A DNA stretch of 64,000 nt from an uncultured delta proteobacterium (GCA_963733195.1 CAVTCR010000073.1:190840-254839); one strand, 5' to 3'; numbered from the stretch's first letter, positions 52,612 to 62,796 are shown. The notes: generated by a model from the letters alone, not told the origin. Numbers and translations are program-made.

Positions 52612-53241
52612 TTATGCTTTTTCATCCCCGATCGAAGGAAGAATGACGTGGAATACCTGTGTCAGATGTACAAGCCATCCTTCTCCAGCTTTAAGCCGCA
52701 CGATCTCTTCCGTACTCACTTTCCGACCGACCGCACGACCGAACGCATCGGCTGAATTTTCGGACTCTCGCAACAAGAGGACCGTATCGTACCGTCCGAA
52801 GACAAGCGCAGTGGGAGTTGCCAATACCTCCACAACAGTGGCTCCGGCTTTGAGGAAAAACTGAATTGTCCGTTCCCAGTCTGGAGTCTCTTCTATACAG
52901 TCAAAGAGAAGAAGCGGAGGAAGACGCCCTCCAGCTAAGCTACGACTGACGATACTGAGCGCATTCCTCGTCATCTCTGAGGACACTTCGCCAGAAACTG
53001 GGACTTGCAGATACTGTGCTCGCTGGCGCAACAATAGACGAAATTGCAGTTCTATTTGTTGATGACGGCGCGCATCAAGGCAAAAGATAGTACCTTGTTG
53101 CCGAGCTTGGCGAAGTGCTAACCCGACGAGGAGATTGCTTTTGTCACTAGCCGTGCCACCAAGCACGGCAACCCGACCCACCAGTTCAGGGAGAGGAGCT
53201 GGCGTTGACGGAGGAATCGATACTCCTGATTTTGCTGCCAT
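52612..53241 (-). CDS. Hypothetical protein with a degenerate P-loop
   Basis: VAVLGGTASDKS, IFCLD, LLLFD. Confidence 0.6.
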   Translation of the reverse strand: MAAKSGVSIPPSTPAPLPELVGRVAVLGGTASDKSNLLVGLALRQARQQGTIFCLDARRHQQIELQFRLLLRQRAQYLQVPVSGEVSSEMTRNALSIVSRSLAGGRLPPLLLFDCIEETPDWERTIQFFLKAGATVVEVLATPTALVFGRYDTVLLLRESENSADAFGRAVGRKVSTEEIVRLKAGEGWLVHLTQVFHVILPSIGDEKA

Positions 53242-53322
53242 GTGCCGCTGAATATACCCAGCGAGAACACGAGAGAAGGGCCTCCTCTTGTGGGGACAGG
53301 CAAAGTCTTTTAAGGAAGGGAC

Positions 53323-53778
53323 ATGACGACAGCAAATGTTCCTACTTCCAAGAAAAATGGTACCTGGTTGGTTGTTGGTCTCCTCGCGCTGGCGGTGCTA
53401 GCAGTGATCGTCTCGCGCGTGTTTTATTTCTCGTCCGATACTACGACTGAGGTGTTGCAACAAGAAGGTATTCCTGCCGCACGCCAGGGAATGGCGTTAT
53501 CGCAGGAAGGGAAAAAACTCTTACCCTCAGAAGAGCAACGAGAGATGGATGCCATATATACTGAGGCATTTAAGTCTCTGTCTGTTGAAGAACGTCAGCG
53601 CTTTATGACCTTAGGGCAAAAAGGACCTGCGGCGACAGATGATGAAATTACCGAGACCGCTACGTTGCTTAATAAGGCCCTTCGTTCGCTTGCCCCAGAA
53701 CGTGGCACCCGCCTGTGGGAGTTAGTCAGTAAAGCGGTCCAACTTGCGCAGCAGAAGGCAGTGCCTTCCTCACCATGA
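53323..53778 (+). CDS. Hypothetical membrane-anchored protein
   Basis: AAGGAAGG SD, single N-terminal TM helix. Confidence 0.7.
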   Translation: MTTANVPTSKKNGTWLVVGLLALAVLAVIVSRVFYFSSDTTTEVLQQEGIPAARQGMALSQEGKKLLPSEEQREMDAIYTEAFKSLSVEERQRFMTLGQKGPAATDDEITETATLLNKALRSLAPERGTRLWELVSKAVQLAQQKAVPSSP

Positions 53779-53785
53779 GGTCACA

Positions 53786-54532
53786 GTGTCCCAACCTTCA
53801 CTGCCTCTGCCTGAAGCAACCAACGCGCAAGATGGTTCCGTGCTTGTTCACATTCCGTCGGGAGAGTTCAGTATGGGGAGTGAGGAGGGATTCCCTGCTG
53901 AGCGGCCAGTCCATCGGGTGAGGCTCGATAATTACTGGATCAGTAAGTCTCTTGTCACCAATGCACAATATGAACAGTTTGTGATGAGTACGGGTCATCA
54001 CGTTCCTTTTATGGACGACCCACGTGCAGCCAATGATAACTGGGATGTGCAACAGCGGACGTACCCCACGGGACGCGCGCAGCACCCTGTCGTACTTGTG
54101 AGTTGGCACGATGCGCAGGCGTATTGCGCCTGGGCAGGGGGACGCCTGCCTACGGAAGCCGAATGGGAGCGTGCAGCTCGTGGAGGACTGGAAGGACGAG
54201 TATATCCGTGGGGCGATGAGATTGATCCGAGTCGTGCTAACTATGATAACCGTAATGGTACAACACCGGTTGGATCGTATGCCCCAAACGACTATGGTCT
54301 CTACGATGTAGCCGGGAATGTCTGGGAGTGGGTCGCTGACTGGTACGATCCAAAGTATTACCTCGCGTCACCTCCTGCGAATCCTACAGGGCCAACCCAA
54401 GGCTTTACTCGCGTGCTCCGTGGTGGGGCTTGGTTGCTCTTTCCTCAATTCTGCCGTGTGGCGTATCGTTTTCGCGAGGGGCCAGATTTTCGTTTCAATC
54501 TGATCGGCTTTCGCCTTGCACGTTCATTGTGA
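53786..54532 (+). CDS. FGE-sulfatase (SUMF1-like) domain protein
   Basis: F.MGS..E.PVH.V, HPVV.VSW.DA.AYC.W...RLPTEAEWE.AARGG, GNVWEW, GFRLAR. Confidence 0.92.
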   Translation: MSQPSLPLPEATNAQDGSVLVHIPSGEFSMGSEEGFPAERPVHRVRLDNYWISKSLVTNAQYEQFVMSTGHHVPFMDDPRAANDNWDVQQRTYPTGRAQHPVVLVSWHDAQAYCAWAGGRLPTEAEWERAARGGLEGRVYPWGDEIDPSRANYDNRNGTTPVGSYAPNDYGLYDVAGNVWEWVADWYDPKYYLASPPANPTGPTQGFTRVLRGGAWLLFPQFCRVAYRFREGPDFRFNLIGFRLARSL

Positions 54533-54755
54533 GCCTCACCTTTACATTCAGAGAGGTTCTGGTCCCATTTTTGCAGAAAATTTATGATGGGATAGGTAGG
54601 GTGGAAATCACAATCCAAGTCTCTTGTGCTTGAATTGCCGGTGCTTTCTTCTCAGTTTCCGCTTCTCCCTAGAACCTTTTTGGAAGATGTTTTGCCCGTC
54701 AAGAATCTGCCGAAACGTCAGATTCTTGACAGGTGATGGAGGTGAGGAGGTATTT

Positions 54756-56837
54756 ATGGCAGGGGTAACGTCCGCGTGCGCGACTATACAAGCGAGTGGT
54801 GGGGAGACAAAAGACCCTTATATCCCGAAGAAGGTGATATTCGCGGGAAAGGACAGAACGCTTTCTTTGTCAGAGAAAGATAGTTCGTTTGCCGAATGCC
54901 CTCAGTGCGCAGAGAACCAGCAACGACAAGACAATCTGCGGTGGATTAGTCATTTTCTCAGTGCTGCCATTGATGCTCTGTCTGCCCATATCGTTGTTCT
55001 TGACAGTTCCGGAGTCATTGTGGCCTCCAACGCCGCATGGCGACGATTCGCGAAAGAGAATCAGGGTGATGAGCGAACGGGTGGTATAGGGAGCAATTAC
55101 CTCTCTACTTGTCAGATTTCCGCCGAGCACGGGGTTGTAGAGGCTCGCGCTGTGGCAATGGGAATTCGTCAAGTACTCAGTCAGCAGCAAAAAGAATTCA
55201 GCTTAAACTACGTCTGCCATAGTCCAACCGAGGAACGATGGTTTACCGCTCGTGTCTCTGGTTTTGAACACGATGGAGCAATGTGGGCGGTCGTGGCGCA
55301 TGAGGATGTAACCGCTCTCCAAAAAAGAGAACAGGTTGTGAAGCAGCATGAAGAGTGGTTTCGCTCGCTGAGTACCTCCTCTCCGATCGGCATCTTTCAA
55401 ACGAACGCGGCTGGGCATTATGTGTATACAAATCCGTGGTGGCAGGAGATCTACGGACTGACATTCGCAGAAAGCCTGGGAAGTGGATGGAGCCGTGCAA
55501 TCCACCCCAAAGATCGCCAGCAGGTACACGCAGCGTGGGAAGAGGCGATACGTGATGGGCACGAATTCTGTCGCGAGTTTCGTATCATTACTCCTACGTC
55601 CACTTCTTGCTGGGTGCGTGTTCGCTCTCAGCCGATGCGCGGAAGTGATGGAGAGATACTAGGGGCCGTTGGTACGACTGAAGACATCACTGCGAGCAAA
55701 CAGGCGGAAGAAGCGTTACATCGTAGCGAGGAACGCTGGCAGCTTGCCCTTCAAGGTGCGAATGAAGGTATCTGGGATTGGAAGGTACAAAGCAACGATC
55801 TTTTTCTCTCTCCTCGCCTCAAAGAGATGATGGGCTTTGCGGAGCATGAAGTTCCGGACCGGTTCGACTATTGGATCGACCGAGTTCACCCTGATGACGT
55901 CGAGCACGTGATGCAAGAGATTCGTGATCACTTTAGCAAGAAGGTTCCTTTCTACGCGGTAGAATGTCGACTGCGCTGTCGAAATGACTCGTACTGCTGG
56001 GTTCTCGTCCGCGGCCAAGCCCTTTGGGATGAAACAGGGTATGCGGTTCGTATGGTCGGTTCGATCAGCGACATCACCGCGCGCAAACAGGTTGAAGAAG
56101 AGAAAGCGACTTTTGCCGAGAAGGTGATGGAAAGTAACCGAGCGTTGCAGGAGTTTGCCTCTGTCGCGTCGCATGATTTGCAGGAACCTTTGCGTAAAAT
56201 CCAGGCGTTTGGTGAACAGCTGCGGAGCGGCCACAGTCGTGAGTTATCTGAAGAGGGACGAGACTATTTGCAGCGTCTGTTAACTGCGGCAGATCGTATG
56301 CGGACGCTGATTAACGATCTTTTAGCACTGTCGCAGGTCACAACCAAAGCGCGACCGATGGTGCCGATCGACTTAACCCAAGTTGCCCATGAAGTTGTTG
56401 CTGATCTCGAAGTGCGAGTGGCGCAGAGTGGGGGGTGCGTTGAGGTGGGTGAGTTGCCTACGATCGATGCCGACCCACTCCAGATGCGGCAGATGTTACA
56501 GAATCTGATTGGTAATGCGCTCAAGTTCCGTCGGAAAGAAGTAACAACGGTCGTCAAAATTAGCGGCAATCATATTGTGGGAACTCCCTCGTGTGAGATC
56601 CGGGTAGAAGATAATGGTATCGGGTTCGATATAAAATATCTTAGCCGTATTTTTGCGCCCTTCCAACGATTACATACTCGCCAACAGTATGAGGGTTCGG
56701 GAATGGGCCTGGCTATTTGCCGAAAGATCGTTGAGCGCCATAGAGGAAAAATTACTGCCTCGAGTGTGCCAGGGCAGAGTGCGATCTTCGTCATTACACT
56801 GCCAGTGAAACAGGGAGGCTCTACAGAGGTGCGGTAA
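54756..56837 (+). CDS. Multi-PAS sensor histidine kinase
   Basis: Three PAS/PAC repeats, ASHDLQEPLRK H-box, NLIGNALKF, DNGIG, GSGMGLAIC; GAGGAGG SD. Confidence 0.95.
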   Translation: MAGVTSACATIQASGGETKDPYIPKKVIFAGKDRTLSLSEKDSSFAECPQCAENQQRQDNLRWISHFLSAAIDALSAHIVVLDSSGVIVASNAAWRRFAKENQGDERTGGIGSNYLSTCQISAEHGVVEARAVAMGIRQVLSQQQKEFSLNYVCHSPTEERWFTARVSGFEHDGAMWAVVAHEDVTALQKREQVVKQHEEWFRSLSTSSPIGIFQTNAAGHYVYTNPWWQEIYGLTFAESLGSGWSRAIHPKDRQQVHAAWEEAIRDGHEFCREFRIITPTSTSCWVRVRSQPMRGSDGEILGAVGTTEDITASKQAEEALHRSEERWQLALQGANEGIWDWKVQSNDLFLSPRLKEMMGFAEHEVPDRFDYWIDRVHPDDVEHVMQEIRDHFSKKVPFYAVECRLRCRNDSYCWVLVRGQALWDETGYAVRMVGSISDITARKQVEEEKATFAEKVMESNRALQEFASVASHDLQEPLRKIQAFGEQLRSGHSRELSEEGRDYLQRLLTAADRMRTLINDLLALSQVTTKARPMVPIDLTQVAHEVVADLEVRVAQSGGCVEVGELPTIDADPLQMRQMLQNLIGNALKFRRKEVTTVVKISGNHIVGTPSCEIRVEDNGIGFDIKYLSRIFAPFQRLHTRQQYEGSGMGLAICRKIVERHRGKITASSVPGQSAIFVITLPVKQGGSTEVR

Positions 56838-56917
56838 TGTGCTTCCTCGTTCGTGGGAAAGCTGACCGTCGTTACACGTATCCATTCTTGCAACTCCCAC
56901 GGAAAGAAAGGTTCGAG

Positions 56918-58051
56918 ATGGCAACCGAAATTGTCAAAGTTTTGCTTGTTGAGGATGATGAAGATGATTATCTCATTACTCGGAATCTGCTGAGAATGGT
57001 TGAAACTCCCAGATTTGTACTTGACTGGGTACAAACCTATGACGCTGGGTTAGCTGCGCTTACTAAGAACCAGCACGACGTGTGTATGCTCGACTATGGT
57101 CTCGGTGCCTGTACGGGTCTCAATCTTCTCCGTGAAGCAATGGCAGGTGGCTGTCGGGTGCCAATTATTATGTTGACCGGCCAGGAAGACCACACGGTTG
57201 ACGTTGAGGCGACACAGATTGGTGCTACCGATTATCTCGTCAAAGGGCATGTCAATGCTGTTCTGCTGGAACGAGCCTTACGTTACGCGTTGGAACGGAA
57301 ACGGACAGAGCAAGCGATGGCGCGGCAGCGGGCGGATTTTCTCGCTATGCTGACGCACGACATCAAGAATCCTTTGTCGGTCATTCTTGGCTACACAGAT
57401 TTGCTCATCGATGACCTCAACGATGGAGATACAAAATCCCTCTCAAACATTCTTGAGCGCTTGAAAAGCAATGCGTTAACAGTGCATTCTTTGGTCACCA
57501 ACTATCTGGATCTATCGATGATCGAAGCCGGGCATATCACGCTGAGTAAAAGGACAGTAGACCTGAATGCACTGTTACGAAAAATTGGTCAGCAGTATGA
57601 TGCTGTCGCGCATTTACGACACTTGCATTTCGATTTCGCTCTTCAGCAGGAACTTCCGCCTATCGAGGGAGATGTGATTGCGCTAGAGCGAGTGTTTGCC
57701 AATCTCGTCTACAATGCGTTGAAGTTCACCCCAGCCTCTGGGCATATCACGCTTCGTTCTGAGGTACGGCACGGAATGGTCATTGCCGCTGTCGCCGACA
57801 ATGGTCCAGGCATTGCCCGGACGGAGATTCCGCGACTCTTCGAGCAGCACAAAAAAATGAGGGCAGAAACGCAGCGAGAGGGGACCGGGCTCGGGCTGTG
57901 TATCGTCAAAGCGCTGGTCGAGGCGCACGGAGGCCACGTTGAAGTCGAGAGCACACTTGGTGATGGGAGCTGCTTCTCGGTGCTGCTTCCAGTTGCAGGA
58001 ATCACTCATCCGGTTTCGGTGACATCAACAGAAACGAGAATCTCTTCCTGA
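56918..58051 (+). CDS. Hybrid response regulator/histidine kinase
   Basis: LLVEDD, LDY, IMLTG, DYLVK receiver domain; HDIKNPL, NALKFT, DNGPG, GTGLGL. Confidence 0.93.
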   Translation: MATEIVKVLLVEDDEDDYLITRNLLRMVETPRFVLDWVQTYDAGLAALTKNQHDVCMLDYGLGACTGLNLLREAMAGGCRVPIIMLTGQEDHTVDVEATQIGATDYLVKGHVNAVLLERALRYALERKRTEQAMARQRADFLAMLTHDIKNPLSVILGYTDLLIDDLNDGDTKSLSNILERLKSNALTVHSLVTNYLDLSMIEAGHITLSKRTVDLNALLRKIGQQYDAVAHLRHLHFDFALQQELPPIEGDVIALERVFANLVYNALKFTPASGHITLRSEVRHGMVIAAVADNGPGIARTEIPRLFEQHKKMRAETQREGTGLGLCIVKALVEAHGGHVEVESTLGDGSCFSVLLPVAGITHPVSVTSTETRISS

Positions 58052-59514
58052 TACAAGCGAGCAAGGGTTTGTCTGACCGTTTCAGGTGGACAGTTCTTGC
58101 CTTCGGTGGTCGCGAGGTACTGTGTCATGATATCGCCCACTGCCGGTTGTTGACTCACAATGGTCAGCAATCTCGGAAGATGTACCTGCTGGAGCATTCG
58201 TATCCCGCGCGGGTAGATCGGTGCAACGACCACCTCGCGTAACTCAACGAACGGTCCTTCAATAACCGGGCGTTGCTCGATTGTCACTCCTGGTGCAATT
58301 CGCAGAGTCGAAACCCGCTGCGCATTGTGGACTACGGATTGCGGATTAGGGATTGGGGATTGGGTGGACCTTGGACCTCGGACCTCAGACCTCGGACCTG
58401 CTGGTGCCGTGCGTTTTCGCCAAAACGGCTGATTCGACCAGCGCTGTTCCTCGCCGTAGTAGCGAACCGACTGCCGGTAATGCGTTTCATAGGTCGTCTG
58501 TTGGCTTTCGTTATAAAACTGAATGGCGTAGGGAATCATTGCTGGCCGTTTGAGGATCGTGTTGATGACAATCGCGCCGGTGATGGCCGACGCCATTGCT
58601 TTGTGTACCCCTTCGGAGGAGAGCGGATCGATAAACAGCCCCGCGTCACCAACTAGTAAGAATTGCTCTCCAGCGAACATACTCGCTGTATACCACGTAG
58701 CGTCAAAAACCTGCGGTGGGCGAGATAACCGTGCCGAAGTGAGAAATCCCGAGAGATACGGTGCGTGTTGGAGTTCAGCGAGATAAAAGTCGGTGAGACT
58801 AGTACGACGAATCTTGGTTCCCTCGTACCAGTCAACTAGCAGCGTGACATTGCGTAACCCATTGTGAAGCGGGACGGACCATACGAGTCCGTTACGATAA
58901 GTTTCAAGCAAGGTGTTGGCGAAATCATCACCAGTGGGTCCAGTTGCGTCGCGCCAGTATCCCGTAAGTGCCAATGTCCGATACGTATCATCTCGCTGCC
59001 GGAGTTGTTGTCGGGCAAGGATGCCAGCATGTCCGCTAGCATCAACGAAGAAATCTGCGATGAGGTTGCCCTCGTGCGTACACACGGTGATTGGGTGGCC
59101 GACTTCTGTTGCCACACTATCAACCGCGACTCCTTCAAACGCTTGCACCCCAGCCTCACGAGCGTGCGTTAATAGAAGAGTATCAAAATCTTCCCGCCAG
59201 GCTTGAAAACCGTAGCGTGCGTGATCTGGACTATAGTACGAGGTGCGTGGCTGAGCGTTTCCCCAGCAGACCGTATGGCCAACCATACGCAGAAATCCGG
59301 CTTCTTCGACCTGTTGACGAATGCCCAGAAAGTCGAGAATCGGCAGAATTTGTGGCGTCAGCGACTCACCGATCTGATGACGGGGAAAGCGGCGCTTTTC
59401 CAGCAGCACAACGTGATAGCCGAACCTTGCGAGGAGACGGGCGATGGTTGTGCCAGCAGGTCCGCCGCCAGCAACGACGACATCGGCATGTTGAGGGAAT
59501 TGGTTCTGCATCAT
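58006..59514 (-). CDS. FAD-dependent oxidoreductase of the flavin halogenase family
   Basis: GGGPAG, FPR..IGESL, DASG, LVWSVP (WxWxIP-like), GDAGLFIDPLSSEGV. Confidence 0.85.
   Translation of the reverse strand: MMQNQFPQHADVVVAGGGPAGTTIARLLARFGYHVVLLEKRRFPRHQIGESLTPQILPILDFLGIRQQVEEAGFLRMVGHTVCWGNAQPRTSYYSPDHARYGFQAWREDFDTLLLTHAREAGVQAFEGVAVDSVATEVGHPITVCTHEGNLIADFFVDASGHAGILARQQLRQRDDTYRTLALTGYWRDATGPTGDDFANTLLETYRNGLVWSVPLHNGLRNVTLLVDWYEGTKIRRTSLTDFYLAELQHAPYLSGFLTSARLSRPPQVFDATWYTASMFAGEQFLLVGDAGLFIDPLSSEGVHKAMASAITGAIVINTILKRPAMIPYAIQFYNESQQTTYETHYRQSVRYYGEEQRWSNQPFWRKRTAPAGPRSEVRGPRSTQSPIPNPQSVVHNAQRVSTLRIAPGVTIEQRPVIEGPFVELREVVVAPIYPRGIRMLQQVHLPRLLTIVSQQPAVGDIMTQYLATTEGKNCPPETVRQTLARLYQEEILVSVDVTETG
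58325..58398. repeat. Two adjacent heptamer tracts inside the halogenase-like gene
   Basis: TACGGAT TGCGGAT TAGGGAT TGGGGAT then ACCTTGG ACCTCGG ACCTCAG ACCTCGG; encodes GPRSEVRGPRSTQSPIPNPQS. Confidence 0.85.
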
Positions 59515-59520
59515 CGTGAG

Positions 59521-60328
59521 TTATCGCAGGGACATTGTCTCAGCTAAAGGACTCTCGGCATACCCTGAAGGTGCGGCGAATTCTTCGTCTGTGAAATCTC
59601 GTTGCTGTACTTCGACGACCTCTTTAGTGACACGAGAAACGGCATTCACCGTTTTCAGTGGATACCCTTTCGTGACGAGATCCGTAAGTTCAGCAAGGAC
59701 GGCCCCAGGTGGTGTTGTACGAGCCTGTTGCAGTTTACTCACAAATTCCTGGCGTTTCCGCCCATCGATCTCCTTCGTGACGTCAACAGTGGCCGCAATC
59801 CACGTTTCTTCGTATGGCTCACCATTACGGCGGACTTCGTATTTCTGCATCTGTTTTCCGAGAATCGTTGCTTGTTCAGGTGCCTGAGTTGTGGTGATCT
59901 CTAACGTCGGGATCAATGGGTCAAATGGATCAACGCGACTGAACGCCCGCAGACGTTGGCTCTGTTCGAGCGGCATGGTCTGGAGCATTTTTTCTGCTTT
60001 TTGCTGACTCTCCTGTAACTGGCTATTGAGCAACGCGAAGTACTCATCGACAGGACCTTCCCAATAGCGTTTGCGCGGGTGATTTGCGAGAACGATACGC
60101 TGAGTGTCAAGATGAACGATCAGCATCCACACGTTCGTAGTGTATTTGATGCGATTCTGTGAAATCACATTCACAAGCTGAGCGGGACGATTGGCAGAGA
60201 CGGGCGTCTGTGCGGAAGTGGTCGTTGCAAGGAAATACCAACCAGCGACGGCAACAGTTGGAGAAGAGGCTAAGGAGCAACCCTGCTCCCAATACACTGC
60301 TGACATACCGCCGCGTTAAGTTTTTCAT
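59521..60328 (-). CDS. Exported protein, DUF4412-like, frameshift within the signal region
   Basis: ATG 60328 with a signal-like start in another frame; TILG....KYEV, E.W.A, GYPLK, EF..P.GY. Confidence 0.65.
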
Positions 60329-60363
60329 AGCTACTTCTTAACCGAGAAACTCGGAACTAGAAA

Positions 60364-60444
60364 CTATTCTAGCCCTTCCAACAGCGCCTTGGCCTCTTGC
60401 AAGTCCTTGGTATCAAACCCCTCAGTAAACCAGTTGAAGGTCAT
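60364..60444 (-). pseudogene. Orphan C-terminal remnant of an adenylate cyclase/AAA-TPR protein
   Basis: FNWFTEGFDTKDLQEAKALLEGLE-stop matches the WFTEGFDT.DL..AKALL terminal motif of that family. Confidence 0.75.
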
Positions 60445-60573
60445 AGAAGGTTGATCCTTGCTCCAGGTGTACTCGTGCTGTACTGAACTCTCCAGAGTAG
60501 AGAAAGATTTCGCCGATAAGGGCTGAAAGAGAGTATTGCTCTCCGGAGACTTCTGAGAGAGATTATCAGAACT

Positions 60574-60864
60574 ATGACGAAGAGAGCAAAAAAATTAATC
60601 CGCGAAATAGTTCAGGGTGAGCCCTACGAGTATTACCCATTAGGGAAGTATATCGTTGCTGCCCCGGGGATTTGCGGCGGTCGTCCGACATTCAAGTATA
60701 CCCGGATTGAGGTACAGGTTGTTTTCGATCTCCTTGCAGCGGGTGAACCGATTGAGCAGTTGATAGCAAACTTGCACGGGCGTGTTTCTCGGAAAGCGGT
60801 CATAGAAACACTACGACTAGCAACCGCCTTGTTGAAGCGCGAAGCTGAGGCTATCGCTGCATGA
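60574..60864 (+). CDS. DUF433-family antitoxin
   Basis: I...PGICGGRPTF..TRI.V. Confidence 0.9.
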   Translation: MTKRAKKLIREIVQGEPYEYYPLGKYIVAAPGICGGRPTFKYTRIEVQVVFDLLAAGEPIEQLIANLHGRVSRKAVIETLRLATALLKREAEAIAA

Positions 60865-61166
60865 TCGTTCTGGATGAGAATCTCCTCGTCCTTCGTCTGG
60901 GGAATCCTATTGCTGCGTGGTATCCAGGGCGTGTGTGCTCAATCATTGACCTTGATCCAGGAGCAGTCATTAAAGACGACGCTATTCCGACCTATTTGTG
61001 GCGAGGCAAGGGAGTAACGTTTATCACCACGAATGTTCCCGATTTTTGGCGACGTGTCCGTGCTGATGCGCGCTACTGCATTATCTGTTTTGCTTTACCA
61101 AACGAGCGCTTAAGAGAGCTGTCCGCGTTGCTCCGACGGCTGTTGCGCGTCCCGGAACTCGTTTAG
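60861..61166 (+). CDS. DUF5615-like PIN toxin, possibly truncated
   Basis: MIVLDENL, IKDD.I, FITTN..DF; ATGA overlap with DUF433. Confidence 0.75.
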   Translation: MIVLDENLLVLRLGNPIAAWYPGRVCSIIDLDPGAVIKDDAIPTYLWRGKGVTFITTNVPDFWRRVRADARYCIICFALPNERLRELSALLRRLLRVPELV

Positions 61167-61179
61167 GTACGTTGGAAGC

Positions 61180-61599
61180 TTATGATCTCAACAGCCGAAT
61201 AAATCCAGCCTGCTCAAAATGTTCGTCGGTCGTGAGTACTTCAAGAAGACCGCGCTGCTTCATCACCACAAAACTTGCACAATCGACAAGACTCCACGCT
61301 TTATCTTGCCGTTGAGAGAGCAACTCCCAGGCTTGTTCATCCAGTGTTGCGTCAATATGAACGATCTCCACGTATGGAGAAGTTTTGAGGCTGTTGATGA
61401 AAGCAATGATTGCCGGGCGAGGAATACGGAGCGGGCTGGTCAGCAGGGCAACCAGTTCTGTGAGGATATAATTGGTTGTGATGAATTTTCGTCCCTGTTG
61501 TCTTCCTACACGATAGAGAGTCGCTGCCTGTACATGCTGCGCTTGGGTAGGATCAACCAAGTGCCCCCAACCAGCAGTATCAGCGAAAATGTCACTCAT
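61180..61599 (-). CDS. VapC PIN-domain toxin
   Basis: FADTAGW, TTNYIL.E, SLVDCASF.VM, LTTDEHFEQAGF. Confidence 0.92.
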   Translation of the reverse strand: MSDIFADTAGWGHLVDPTQAQHVQAATLYRVGRQQGRKFITTNYILTELVALLTSPLRIPRPAIIAFINSLKTSPYVEIVHIDATLDEQAWELLSQRQDKAWSLVDCASFVVMKQRGLLEVLTTDEHFEQAGFIRLLRS

Positions 61600-61862
61600 C
61601 AGCAACGTTTTCTGGCGTCTTCGTCTGTAGCGTATCGGCTACGACCTTCCCCAAATACTGGTCATGATGATCAGCCCAATTAGAACTTTGACCACGCAAA
61701 GCGCCGATAAATTGCTCAAGGGGATCATCGGTCAACTGCTGCACAGCCAGAGAGACCCATTGCGTAACGAGTGCTTCAGGTGACTGTCCACTTTGTGAGG
61801 CGGTCCTTTGCAAAGGCTCATAGACATTATCTGGCACTTCGATTGTGAGCGTATGACTCATC
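61592..61862 (-). CDS. Putative antitoxin for VapC
   Basis: LTIEVPD.VYE.L, DPL..FIG, ADHHD.YL; overlaps the vapC start. Confidence 0.8.
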
Positions 61863-62134
61863 GTGTTCCTCCCCTGCACGCGCCGAATTTGCTGTACGAA
61901 GGTAACATGAAAGAAGGGCTGTGACGAGTTGAGCGCGCGGCTTGCTCCTTACCCTTGAGTTGGGTGTTGGACCGACATTTTGCAGAGCACAAGCTGATGT
62001 AGATCGGTCTCAGCTTGAAACCGTAGAAGAGTTTCCATTAAAAGACAAGATCGCTGATTTGCCTCGGGTGACAAAGGAGATTAAGCAGGATAGCTGTCTT
62101 TTGGCATCCGCGTACGGCGCGGCTTCAGTGAAGA

Positions 62135-62554
62135 TTAACTGCTCTGACCTTCGTCAGGAAACAACCGCAAGAAATCCACTAACCGAACAATGGGGATCTT
62201 CTGAAATTTTTTGAGCTGACGGAGGTGCCGATCACCAGTGACAATAACATCTGCTTGAGCCGCCAAGGCGCACTCCAGAATGCGATTATCCGGCTCATCA
62301 GCTAAGACATGAAGATGAACAGGCGGCTTGAGCACCTTTGCTACATGGCTCATCAGTTTTAATGCCACTCTGATGTCAGAGTCTGATTGAGCGAATTTAG
62401 TACGAAATTTCTGCGCAGTCTCTGTCAGGATGGCAATCGACGTGTAAAGAGAGAACCGTTTACGACGAGCAAGAAGAAACGCTCGTTCGCCTTGACTACC
62501 GGGAATGAGGAACGCGGAAATAAACACGTTGGTATCAAACACGACCCGCATCAA
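62135..62554 (-). CDS. PIN-family putative toxin
   Basis: VVFDTNVFISA, DEPDNRILECAL...AD.IVTGD.HL. Confidence 0.92.
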   Translation of the reverse strand: MMRVVFDTNVFISAFLIPGSQGERAFLLARRKRFSLYTSIAILTETAQKFRTKFAQSDSDIRVALKLMSHVAKVLKPPVHLHVLADEPDNRILECALAAQADVIVTGDRHLRQLKKFQKIPIVRLVDFLRLFPDEGQSS

Positions 62555-62796
62555 CGATTCTCGAAGACAACGCGTTCAACTTCCTGTTCGGTGAACACTC
62601 CTTTCTGTCGTGCTCTTCCAGCCATCTTCCGTTGCAGGCGAAAGAATTCCTCCTCTTCGAGTTTACCCTTATACGCTTCGATCATTCGACGAAACAATTC
62701 ACTCTTATTGAGGCGCTGGCGGGTGGCTAACTGCTCGTATTCTTCGGCCAGCTCCGGAGCGACAGAAAATCCCATAACCTTCGTGCGACGGCTCAT
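62551..62796 (-). CDS. CopG/RHH antitoxin
   Basis: FSV.PEL, NKSELFRRM; overlaps the toxin start. Confidence 0.85.
   Translation of the reverse strand: MSRRTKVMGFSVAPELAEEYEQLATRQRLNKSELFRRMIEAYKGKLEEEEFFRLQRKMAGRARQKGVFTEQEVERVVFENR

Noticed and set aside
3652-60328. Frameshifts in GH57, two LLM genes, DUF1302, adenylate cyclase, ABC1 kinase and the DUF4412-like gene read as pseudogenes or programmed recoding
   Set aside because: Scattered single-base indels with otherwise intact motifs are most simply long-read consensus errors; reads are needed to confirm. Only the two IS frameshifts sit at canonical slippery sites.
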